From IMG/VR virus record IMGVR_UViG_3300025652_000057, positions 2,624 through 66,623 of that record: DNA of 64,000 bases; one strand, given 5' to 3'. The position numbers and the translations under genes are program-made. Origin of the DNA: a virus. Each line of letters opens with the position of its first letter. The stretch's first letter is position 1. Of the stretch, positions 18,123 to 26,667 are shown one piece after another. The notes beneath the pieces are model-generated. The model did not search any database, had not been told where the DNA came from, and saw only the letters and a list, made by a program, of their open reading frames with translations.

Positions 18123-19618
18123 TAGAATGTATCCTCACCGAATGGATTACTTTGACTGAAGTCGATTATGTTGTCAGATGCAACACCTGTATTCTTATCG
18201 ATAAAGCTTTCGAGTGCTGTGTTGTCTGATAGCGCATCTCTCGACACAATAACTTTCGCTTCACCACCAGTGATTCTAATATCAGTTGCGCTGAATGTGG
18301 AGCCGACTGGTTGATAGTTACCAAGTGCTTCTAATGTCCCGAGGGCACTTTGTAGCATAGCGCCCCATAATTGAACTGAAGTTATATTCTCTGTTCCTGA
18401 TGTATTCACTATAGATACTCTAGGTGTTGAGATGTTAGCGCCGAATGATGCCTGGACAGAAACTCTCTGCCATTCACTAGACTGAGGAATGTCAACTTCT
18501 GCTCCTAGAGCATCGTTAGCGGAGTTATCGATACGTAGCTTCATGCCCGCTGTAGCACTCTTAACATATATTGATGCGGTGAAGTATCGACCGCTCGGAG
18601 ATATGGATACTGCTTGACTCAACGAGCCAGAGTTTGTTGCTTGGAATGTATATGTATTAGCATTATTGCCACCGATTGGATCAACATTAATGGCTGAACC
18701 AGCTACGGATGTTTGTTGCCAAGTATTACTGGGTATTCCGTCTGCTAGTCTGCTGGTAAAGAATAGATCATTCTGTCTACTTGCTCCATTTAGTGCTTTG
18801 TACTCATATGTACCACTCGCTACCGGCGTAAACTTCTTCGTAGTCTGATTATATCCATTCGCTAAAGTTGTAGTGCCGTTGTTGTATATTCCCAACTCTA
18901 CAGCACTATCCAAGTAAATGTGATTAGATGCGTGAGACTGATCGAATGTATATTCTATGCCCTCATTAAGCTCTAATGTGTAAGCTGGTAATACGTCACC
19001 AGATGCACTAGACTGCTTGATATAGAATGCATATCCATCATTGACTTGAACCGTGAATGAGTTGTCTGCAACCACAAGACTCTCGAATATATTAACATTC
19101 TTGAACTCGTCATCGATGAACTTATGACCGGTGGAGAATCTTTCACCACTGAACTCGAATAACTCAGCACGAAGATCGTATGTTTGCAGTGATCCCATCT
19201 GATAGAAGATAGACTCATGCTCGACGTGCTGAATCTCGAATATCTTCTTGTTCAAAGGAAGATAGATCAGATCGCCCTCAAGCGGTCTGGTGTTTTCTTC
19301 GTTTGATCCGATCTCTGATTCATATGTTCTTTGAGCAATCGTCATTGTAATCGAGTCACGAATCTGAAGTCCAAACTTAGATAGGAAGTCTCCCTCACCT
19401 TCAAATCCATCAACACTCTTCACATACATTTCTGCCATGTACGCATCATTGAATGTCGAGATATCGTCTTCGTTGAGAATATCATCTTTTCCAACTAGGG
19501 TTCTAGGTATGTACCAAACGTCCATGCCGTAGATTCGAATCGACTCGATGACCAGGTCCTCGACGAGGTTTTGCTCCATCGAGTTTTCAAAGTTCTCAAA
19601 ATAATAATTTTTAGCCAC
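18122..19618 (-). CDS. gp14: Neck protein with inserted accessory domains
   Basis: EQNLVEDLVIESIRIYG, GFEGEGDFLSKFG, RPLEGDLIY and C-terminal IIDFSQSNPFG. Confidence 0.92.
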   Translation of the reverse strand: MAKNYYFENFENSMEQNLVEDLVIESIRIYGMDVWYIPRTLVGKDDILNEDDISTFNDAYMAEMYVKSVDGFEGEGDFLSKFGLQIRDSITMTIAQRTYESEIGSNEENTRPLEGDLIYLPLNKKIFEIQHVEHESIFYQMGSLQTYDLRAELFEFSGERFSTGHKFIDDEFKNVNIFESLVVADNSFTVQVNDGYAFYIKQSSASGDVLPAYTLELNEGIEYTFDQSHASNHIYLDSAVELGIYNNGTTTLANGYNQTTKKFTPVASGTYEYKALNGASRQNDLFFTSRLADGIPSNTWQQTSVAGSAINVDPIGGNNANTYTFQATNSGSLSQAVSISPSGRYFTASIYVKSATAGMKLRIDNSANDALGAEVDIPQSSEWQRVSVQASFGANISTPRVSIVNTSGTENITSVQLWGAMLQSALGTLEALGNYQPVGSTFSATDIRITGGEAKVIVSRDALSDNTALESFIDKNTGVASDNIIDFSQSNPFGEDTF

Positions 19619-19622
19619 TTTT

Positions 19623-20621
19623 TTATCCTATCATATCGACTGAGGGTAGAGAATAGCTGTTATACATCTCTTCTTCTAGCTTCTGTATCTCTTCTCTAGC
19701 ATCGTTTAAAATTTGTTCACCATTGAACTGAACATTGCCGGGTAGGGTCATGCCGTTAAACTTGGTAAGGTTCGAACCCCACTGATACTTGATTTTTGCT
19801 GTAGCATAATTCTGTAGAAAACGATCTTTCCAAACATCAGAGTATGTTGCAGGATCGACAATTGAGTATGCTTCAATGACGATGTATTGGCCGACAACAA
19901 GTGTGTTCCAGTCCATATCTAAGTTTATTCTGTCTTGATGTCTATTATATCGCATGGGAACTGCACCAACGAGAAGCTCTTCCATTAGCTGTAGGTGTGA
20001 CATTGCCATTTGAAAGGTTATTAACTCAGAGCTAACTATATTGTGAAGATTTTCTAGTATGAAATGATACTTCGCATTAAATATGCCAGATCCTATCGAT
20101 GTTGTAGAGTTTGGAGTGAATACGTTAACTGCTCCGATAATATTTTCAGGAACGGGAATATATTCAAGCTCAAACGATCCTTGATGTATTGCTGTTACTT
20201 CTTTTACTGCACCATCACCGATTTTAGTCTGATACGTTTCACTTGTGACATTCTTTGCTACGGTAAATGTTCCAGAGCTAGGCTTTTTAAAGTATAGTCT
20301 GTTTGCAGTCAGGTCTATAGCACCGACAAGCATTTGAGCAGTAGCAGCCGCATTACCGTCCGCTGCGTCTACCTCAGATACGACATCTCCTACTGCAAAG
20401 TCGCCTTCAGCGAGAGCTGCGAACTCTATGAAGGAGTTTGTTACCTGATGCTTAACGTAAGTCTTCTCGACGCCATCGAAGTGGTAGTCGTAGTAGAATT
20501 GAAGTGCTTCTTCAATACGATCATCAACTTGGTCTTGATCGACGTTTATCTCAATGACGGGCTTACCTAATTTTCTTAAGCACCATTCTTTGAATTGCGT
20601 TTTTGTTGTCGGCTGTGCCAT
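19623..20621 (-). CDS. gp13: Neck protein
   Basis: CLRKLGKPVIEINVDQDQVDDR, YHFDG and QWGSNLTKFNGMTLPGNV. Confidence 0.94.
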   Translation of the reverse strand: MAQPTTKTQFKEWCLRKLGKPVIEINVDQDQVDDRIEEALQFYYDYHFDGVEKTYVKHQVTNSFIEFAALAEGDFAVGDVVSEVDAADGNAAATAQMLVGAIDLTANRLYFKKPSSGTFTVAKNVTSETYQTKIGDGAVKEVTAIHQGSFELEYIPVPENIIGAVNVFTPNSTTSIGSGIFNAKYHFILENLHNIVSSELITFQMAMSHLQLMEELLVGAVPMRYNRHQDRINLDMDWNTLVVGQYIVIEAYSIVDPATYSDVWKDRFLQNYATAKIKYQWGSNLTKFNGMTLPGNVQFNGEQILNDAREEIQKLEEEMYNSYSLPSVDMIG

Positions 20622-20652
20622 GTCTCTTTCCTAATTATAATATTGATTATAG

Positions 20653-20660
20653 TATTTATA
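20653..20660 (-). promoter_or_regulatory. Late promoter TATAAATA (gp13-gp17)
   Basis: Exact motif. Confidence 0.8.
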
Positions 20661-20671
20661 AGCGACGATTA

Positions 20672-20971
20672 CTATCTAGTAGCTATAGTCTCAAGTGGCT
20701 TCAGGTCAACGACTATCCAATCTTCTGTTTTATATACGTAATAGCCTTCTGTTAGAGGATTAGGTATAGCTAGAGAGATCATAGCAAATCTATAGGATGT
20801 ATCGTCGGTTTGTAGTGTACCGTTATCTGCTATGTAGAAAGCTATCGTACTATTTATATGTGCTATGGCAGTATCTAGTGTAGTACTACCACCGCTTGTG
20901 GGGTAGCCACTGTCTATGACTTGAACTTCACCATTATTCTTCTCGTATTTAAGGTAGTATTTGTATGCCAT
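20672..20971 (-). CDS. Hypothetical protein
   Basis: Start overlaps the stop of the upstream gene; no recognisable motif. Confidence 0.6.
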   Translation of the reverse strand: MAYKYYLKYEKNNGEVQVIDSGYPTSGGSTTLDTAIAHINSTIAFYIADNGTLQTDDTSYRFAMISLAIPNPLTEGYYVYKTEDWIVVDLKPLETIATR

Positions 20972-22044
20972 TAGAAGTTCTCCACTGATCCGAAGATTTT
21001 TTGTATTTGTATATTCGAGCTTAACTGGCTATTTGGAGTTTCTTCCAGTTTCGTTCTAATCTGAATCTGTCTGGCTAATGATGTTAGAGGTAGAGTTATA
21101 TCGTAATGATGTTCAACGAATTCCTCTGTTGATATCGTTTGTGTGTATGCTCCATCTTGATTTTGTCCTAAGAAAGATGAAAGAGTTGCTGATCTTGGCG
21201 TATTCTCGACAGTGACCAATGGCGATCCATTACCCGCTAAGAATGCAGAGTCACTATAATATATAGTGTCGCCAGATACAAACGTATTAGAGAAATCAAG
21301 ATATGATATTATCGTCGTATCAGATCCTGCGTCATACCACACGGCATCTAAGGGAAACACTGTTGTTCCTGTGGCTGCTAGAGATATGCTGCCGTGCGGA
21401 GATATAAACTCTGTTTGATTGCCAGCAATGTTCGCTCTCTTTCCGAATGATGGAAAATATCCAGAGTCTGGATCTGCGTTTACGAGTGTAGTCACAAACT
21501 GTCTACTGGCCGTAGGGTTCGAAACATATCTGATCTGATCTCGTATCGTATATCTTGCAGTATTTCCGACACCGAGAGTACCAGTAACATTAACATAGAA
21601 TCTTAGCGTTACTCTAACTCTTTGTCTTTTTGGGCCACCCTTTGGTGCAGGTATACCCAAGTACTGAAATGTAGATGTTCCGAAGCCTGTGTAGGTGCTT
21701 GTTAATGCTTTACCGCCACCAGGATAGTCTCCAAAACCGAACTCTCTCTTGAATGGATATATTTCAGGTGTTTGATTGTCTATTTTGTCGTCTAGTGAAG
21801 TTGCTGAGTTTTTCCAAGATGTTGTGGATAGATCATAGTAGAGATATGCGTCATCAACTGGACTAGTTATCGCAACATTAGATAGGTTGCCTAGTGTGAA
21901 GTTAGCAGGATCTATCTGAAACTTTTCCACTACTAAACTGCCATCTGGATTCAGATTAGCGTTTAGATTCTGTGAGAAGCTACTGACAGAGACCGATAAA
22001 GAGTCATCGATGCTCAGGCTTGCTGTTAACTCTTCATCATTCAT
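20971..22044 (-). CDS. Putative fibre/virion protein
   Basis: LGNLSNVAITSPVDDAYLYYD..WKN fibre-type motif; beta-rich C-terminal half; stop/start coupled at both ends. Confidence 0.55.
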   Translation of the reverse strand: MNDEELTASLSIDDSLSVSVSSFSQNLNANLNPDGSLVVEKFQIDPANFTLGNLSNVAITSPVDDAYLYYDLSTTSWKNSATSLDDKIDNQTPEIYPFKREFGFGDYPGGGKALTSTYTGFGTSTFQYLGIPAPKGGPKRQRVRVTLRFYVNVTGTLGVGNTARYTIRDQIRYVSNPTASRQFVTTLVNADPDSGYFPSFGKRANIAGNQTEFISPHGSISLAATGTTVFPLDAVWYDAGSDTTIISYLDFSNTFVSGDTIYYSDSAFLAGNGSPLVTVENTPRSATLSSFLGQNQDGAYTQTISTEEFVEHHYDITLPLTSLARQIQIRTKLEETPNSQLSSNIQIQKIFGSVENF

Positions 22045-22418
22045 TATGCTCTAGTCATCCCTGCGGTCACTGTGACTGTGCCCTGCACAACACGAGTTAT
22101 TATAGCAGGATCACCACTATCTGTGATTTCTATATCATATAGATATCTACCAGGCTCTAGGTCCGCTGTTCCAACTTGTGTAACTACGCCGTCTGTGAGA
22201 ACGGATGCATTAGGTAGTTTGATCGTGATTTGACCTAAGGCTCCATTATCTGTGCATACGAAACTTGCGGCAGAAGTGGACGATGAGTAGTTCTTTCGCA
22301 TTTGTCCTAGTGCTGTATGACTTGCCAGACTGAATACTGACCCGTCTGCGGCCTTTACGTCGATAGTAGCACTAAAGTCTGCTCCTTGATCGATTGTTAT
22401 ATTTGCTTTAATTGCCAT
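22044..22418 (-). CDS. Conserved small virion protein (NITIDQGADF...GRYLYDIEI type)
   Basis: True start MAIKANITIDQGADF at 22418 with GGAG RBS and late promoter. The 240-aa track ORF extends into the antisense of the next gene. Confidence 0.75.
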   Translation of the reverse strand: MAIKANITIDQGADFSATIDVKAADGSVFSLASHTALGQMRKNYSSSTSAASFVCTDNGALGQITIKLPNASVLTDGVVTQVGTADLEPGRYLYDIEITDSGDPAIITRVVQGTVTVTAGMTRA

Positions 22419-22443
22419 CTTTTTTCTCCAATAGATACTACAG

Positions 22444-22457
22444 TTATTTATAAATAA
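22444..22457. promoter_or_regulatory. Palindromic bidirectional late promoter TTATTTATAAATAA
   Basis: TATAAATA on minus (22445-22452) and plus (22449-22456) between two divergent genes. Confidence 0.8.
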
Positions 22458-22491
22458 TAGAACAACCCTATATGAACTAATTGGAAGAATT

Positions 22492-25254
22492 ATGTCAACA
22501 ACAAAGTACTTAAAATTTGGTGCAAGAGCAGACAAGAATCTATCTGATCTTTCAGATCCATCGGCTGCATTAGATAACATACTTAACGATATATCTGCCC
22601 AGGTAGATAGTGACGGTAACCCTTTGGGATTCACATCATCAGATTTGTTTCCCTTAATAGGACTCGCAGAGACCGGATTGGCTAATAATCTAACTGTATC
22701 CGGACAATCTTCGGAATTATTGAATCTTGCTGGAAATACTCTACGGGCTACCTCGACTAGCGGCACACTGATAGATGTTGAGCCTCGTGTGACTATTCAA
22801 GATTATATTACCAACTTTAAGACAATCCTTGGAGATCCGCCTTGGGTTGACGGCGGCACTGGTCCCGATGCTACATTCATTCCATCAGATAGATTAAATG
22901 CAAATACTACTGACAATGTAGGCAGCATTATAGCTTGTGATCCAGGCGACACCCAGGGTGGTGGCGCACAGGATTTAACTGTAGGAAACAGATATAGAAT
23001 AGAAGTGCTGGCGAACATTAACCAAAACGGGTGGAACGATATAGCTGGTACTACTAATGTGACATACGCTATAGGCAGCATATTCACTTGTGCGGTCACT
23101 GTTTCTGATGCTGTTGGTGATGGAAATCACAACGCTGCGGCGTGTAGAAATGTCACATTGCCTAATGGTAACTCGGGCACAGCAAACGCAAATGCTCTAA
23201 CCTCGAATCAGTTGTTCACCACAAAGGTAGACGCTTCACTAACTTCGATAGTGGGTCCTGAGGAATTCTGGACAAACGGAAAATTCAACCTATCTGGAAA
23301 GATTCATCCAAGCTTCACTAACACTTTTGGTGGAATTCAGTGGACAGGATATCTGAGCGGGCAATGGGATATACAGGTCGAGTCTACAGGTTTCTATATT
23401 ATAGAAGAGGATCGGGTAGACGACGGAAGTGAGAATAACTGGTCCCTATTGAAAGCTGTTACCACAGAGACTATTAAGACGTTTAGCGAAATCAAGTGGA
23501 CACTGAGCGACCAAAATACTCTAATCGAATTTACCGATGAAGATGATTATAAGAGGGTTTGTAATGGAATGGATATCGTTATAAATGATATACGGGCTGA
23601 GGTGACACGAGTCTATAGGACTTCTAATGGTGATGGAACGTTCACTTACTATGCGGAGTTAGATCAGGACGTAGGCACCGAAGACACTAGCGGATCGATC
23701 CAAACTTTTGAGTATGATCTATTCGATGAGAGAATTAACTCAGAGATTTTTTACTTCACCAGAACTGCTTTATCTGAAAGGAGAAGAGTTAGAATTAGTA
23801 CATATTGGCCTAGTTTGGGACAAGGTCTACAGTATCCCAGTAAGCTGTTCTCAGATATAGGGGGAGGCGAGAGTCTAGGATTTCAGTATTTTTATAAAAA
23901 TGATGGCTCAACTGATGTATATGGCAAATACAGTTTTCCATACTTTAATGAAAATAGAGCGAATATATTAAAGCAAGAGTCCGGCGCAAAGTTGACTGTT
24001 GATGATGTGTTATCTCTTGAGTACACTCCAAGTCAAAATACCCAAGATGTTATAACTGGTTATAACACAGCAAGTGATACCGTGCCGGCAGACGATGTTA
24101 AGTTGGTTGAGGATGGTGTTCTAGATGATGTACTAGACGGCAGCACGTTTAGTGGATCACAAAAGGGCGACTGGATTGTTGCTGTTCCTGCGTTTACCAC
24201 AAACTGGGCAAATGCGGCATCGAAGGCATATGCGTTTCAGATAGAATACCTTCCTGCTGGCAGTAAAGCTTACGTCTCAAAGAATTATGGCACATTAATG
24301 GGCTTAGCTCTTGAACAAACACACTATCTAATACTGGTAAAAAATCGTGGACTAATAGGTATCTATAAGAAAGATGCTCCTACAGCCACTAATGAGTGTC
24401 TGCTTCGTAAACTAGACACTGGAACTGGCGCAATGGACAAGGATACGTCTCTAGTTTCTGTGGGCGATCTGGTCCATACTGTCACGTTTACGGGAGCGGC
24501 GGGCAGCCTACCAGCACATAATTATCCACTCAAAGTGAATTCGATAAGTTCTACTAGTACACAGGCTTCAGTTGTCGTAGCCGTTCATCCCAAAGATAGT
24601 GCGGATATGATATCTGGCGATGGTATTGCGATTGTGTATGCCTCTAGAGGACTGAACGACATATCTGCTAAAAGTGAGTGTGAGGGCGCATATGGACTAG
24701 AGGTTAATGTAGCCTCTCCGATAGCGACACCACAGAAAATATATGTTAGCGATATTAGCCGAGGTGCCGATATGGTTAATGATGTCGCATACTATGTTGG
24801 TTCGAATTCGGCTTCACCCGTGATAGACCAATCTTCGAATAATTCCTCTACGAATGCTACACTCGTGACTGGTTCTGGCACCGATGCTACTGGTACATAT
24901 ATAACTCTTGATAGAAATATAACTGCACCGATTGAGACGGGAACCACTGTAGTTCTTATGTCTGATACAAACGCTGGTAAATATAAGAATAGAGAGTATT
25001 GTATTATTCCATTAAACACTGCTCCTCCTTGGACAAGTACAAGTGAAGGTCTAGCTACTCCTAGTGGAAACCCAGATTTGATTACAGAGGGTCTAATATT
25101 TCGAGAACTGGGCGCTGATGTGGCTACATCTAATGTGGTAAGTCTAGCTACTAATCCATTCAGTGATCCGAATTCTGTTTCAGATAAGTATGTTCCTATA
25201 ACATTTAACGGAAATACTTATAAGATTCTGGTCAATGATAATACATTAACTTAA
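22492..25254 (+). CDS. Large virion/fibre-associated protein in inverted orientation
   Basis: 920-aa ORF; N-terminal KNLSDLSDPSAALDNI fibre motif; PA14-like GIQWTGYL segment; C-terminus similar to the 468-aa neighbour. Confidence 0.7.
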   Translation: MSTTKYLKFGARADKNLSDLSDPSAALDNILNDISAQVDSDGNPLGFTSSDLFPLIGLAETGLANNLTVSGQSSELLNLAGNTLRATSTSGTLIDVEPRVTIQDYITNFKTILGDPPWVDGGTGPDATFIPSDRLNANTTDNVGSIIACDPGDTQGGGAQDLTVGNRYRIEVLANINQNGWNDIAGTTNVTYAIGSIFTCAVTVSDAVGDGNHNAAACRNVTLPNGNSGTANANALTSNQLFTTKVDASLTSIVGPEEFWTNGKFNLSGKIHPSFTNTFGGIQWTGYLSGQWDIQVESTGFYIIEEDRVDDGSENNWSLLKAVTTETIKTFSEIKWTLSDQNTLIEFTDEDDYKRVCNGMDIVINDIRAEVTRVYRTSNGDGTFTYYAELDQDVGTEDTSGSIQTFEYDLFDERINSEIFYFTRTALSERRRVRISTYWPSLGQGLQYPSKLFSDIGGGESLGFQYFYKNDGSTDVYGKYSFPYFNENRANILKQESGAKLTVDDVLSLEYTPSQNTQDVITGYNTASDTVPADDVKLVEDGVLDDVLDGSTFSGSQKGDWIVAVPAFTTNWANAASKAYAFQIEYLPAGSKAYVSKNYGTLMGLALEQTHYLILVKNRGLIGIYKKDAPTATNECLLRKLDTGTGAMDKDTSLVSVGDLVHTVTFTGAAGSLPAHNYPLKVNSISSTSTQASVVVAVHPKDSADMISGDGIAIVYASRGLNDISAKSECEGAYGLEVNVASPIATPQKIYVSDISRGADMVNDVAYYVGSNSASPVIDQSSNNSSTNATLVTGSGTDATGTYITLDRNITAPIETGTTVVLMSDTNAGKYKNREYCIIPLNTAPPWTSTSEGLATPSGNPDLITEGLIFRELGADVATSNVVSLATNPFSDPNSVSDKYVPITFNGNTYKILVNDNTLT

Positions 25255-26657
25255 TCTTTAACTAGTAAGTAGAACTGTTCTCCGTTAACTAGTATGGGTA
25301 ACTTATGTGTATACGTGGGATTCGACTCACTTACTACTAGATCGACAATATCAAGAGTTGCTGCTCCGTCCGTTTTAATTAGGACAGGGGTTGCGCCAGT
25401 AGAGCTGATTGTGAGTTTAGATATCTGAGCATTATTTGATGTTGTTCTTAGTGCGGCAGAACCGGTTATACTATCTCCAGCAGCAACTTCCTCCCAAGGA
25501 TTATCAGATCCAGAGAACGCTCGAACTTCCTGACCAGTTGCGCCGTTTAATATGAATAGTCCTGGCGGATTAACAGCTTTTACAGTACCAGAGCCTATAC
25601 CAGATATAGCAGTACCGTCTGCTTGTGTAGTTGCTCCGTTGGCAGTGAAGATTTCTCCTACTGCGGGTGAAGCGTCTGCTCCAATGTGAGTCCAGTCAGC
25701 ATCAATAGTGTCGCCTTTGTCAATTATCTTGTACTGCTCATTAGTGACTAGTGCGGTGGTTATCGTTCTAGGATAACCTACCTCTAGATTATTGCTGTTT
25801 GTTATACTAACTTGACCTTTAATCCTAACAGGTTCAGTGAATGCACTGTCTAAGTATGTTAGAGGAACACGAGTTTTCTTGAAGGCAATCTTGGATATTA
25901 TATTTGATATATATGCAGTTTGCTCAAACGTATCATATCCATTATCGACGACATCATCGGTGCCATCAACACTCTCAGGACTAACTAGTCCACCACCACC
26001 ACTGTCGTCTGTTAGCAACAGCACTGGATTTAAGTTTTTTAAATTGTCAATGCTAACTACATCGTCTCTAGTTAGCGATACGTTTGAGATGGTAGCAACA
26101 CTAGCTAGATTAACAACATTGTTGCTCGAATCGAGCAACTGAAATCGGTCTAAGGCATTAGAGTTAGATACTATGTATGGATAAGTGGTACCCTCGTCTA
26201 TAGATATTGCTGTGCCGTTAGCGTACCCTACTTTATTTTGTCCTATGACAACTATGGTGTGTCCATCAACCGGATCGTCAATATTCTGAAAGTCTACTTG
26301 TGGCTGAATCTCTGTAGCCACACCATCAGTGCCCGTACTAATATCACCTTGGCCAGTCGCCTGAAACACCTCTCCTACTGCGGGTGAAGCGTCTGCGCCT
26401 ATTCCCGTCCAGTTTCTAGATGTTCCTAGATCAAATATCTTATAAGACTTAGTGGACACAAATGATCCGAATGCGGTATTTGTAGCGGCAAGGGCGTTTG
26501 GATCATTCGCTAGTTCACTCTTAAAGTTGCCGTTTCCGTCAAACAACAGAATATCTTGGTGAATATTAGTTCCACCAAGATTGTCCAATATACTTCTGTC
26601 AGAAGATGCAGAGCCACTCTCTACTAAATTTAAGTTTTTGACAAAGCCTTGTGCCAT
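25251..26657 (-). CDS. Virion/fibre-associated protein with two dispersed-module copies
   Basis: 468 aa; IGADASPAVGE occurs twice; C-terminal THKLPILVNGEQFYLLV. Confidence 0.7.
   Translation of the reverse strand: MAQGFVKNLNLVESGSASSDRSILDNLGGTNIHQDILLFDGNGNFKSELANDPNALAATNTAFGSFVSTKSYKIFDLGTSRNWTGIGADASPAVGEVFQATGQGDISTGTDGVATEIQPQVDFQNIDDPVDGHTIVVIGQNKVGYANGTAISIDEGTTYPYIVSNSNALDRFQLLDSSNNVVNLASVATISNVSLTRDDVVSIDNLKNLNPVLLLTDDSGGGGLVSPESVDGTDDVVDNGYDTFEQTAYISNIISKIAFKKTRVPLTYLDSAFTEPVRIKGQVSITNSNNLEVGYPRTITTALVTNEQYKIIDKGDTIDADWTHIGADASPAVGEIFTANGATTQADGTAISGIGSGTVKAVNPPGLFILNGATGQEVRAFSGSDNPWEEVAAGDSITGSAALRTTSNNAQISKLTISSTGATPVLIKTDGAATLDIVDLVVSESNPTYTHKLPILVNGEQFYLLVKD
25654..26396. repeat. 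26-bp exact direct repeat pair (25654-25679 and 26371-26396)
   Basis: tctcctactgcgggtgaagcgtctgc occurs twice and encodes ADASPAVGE. Confidence 0.85.
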
Positions 26658-26667
26658 GCTAGTTTCC

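Noticed and set aside
22419-22766. N-terminal 116 aa of the 240-aa track ORF
   Set aside because: Overlaps the plus-strand 920-aa gene; RBS, promoter and homology-type motif support a start at 22418.
22460-25260. Invertible (phase-variable) tail cassette
   Set aside because: No flanking inverted repeats seen and no recombinase in the window; the overlapping stop codons suggest a fixed arrangement.
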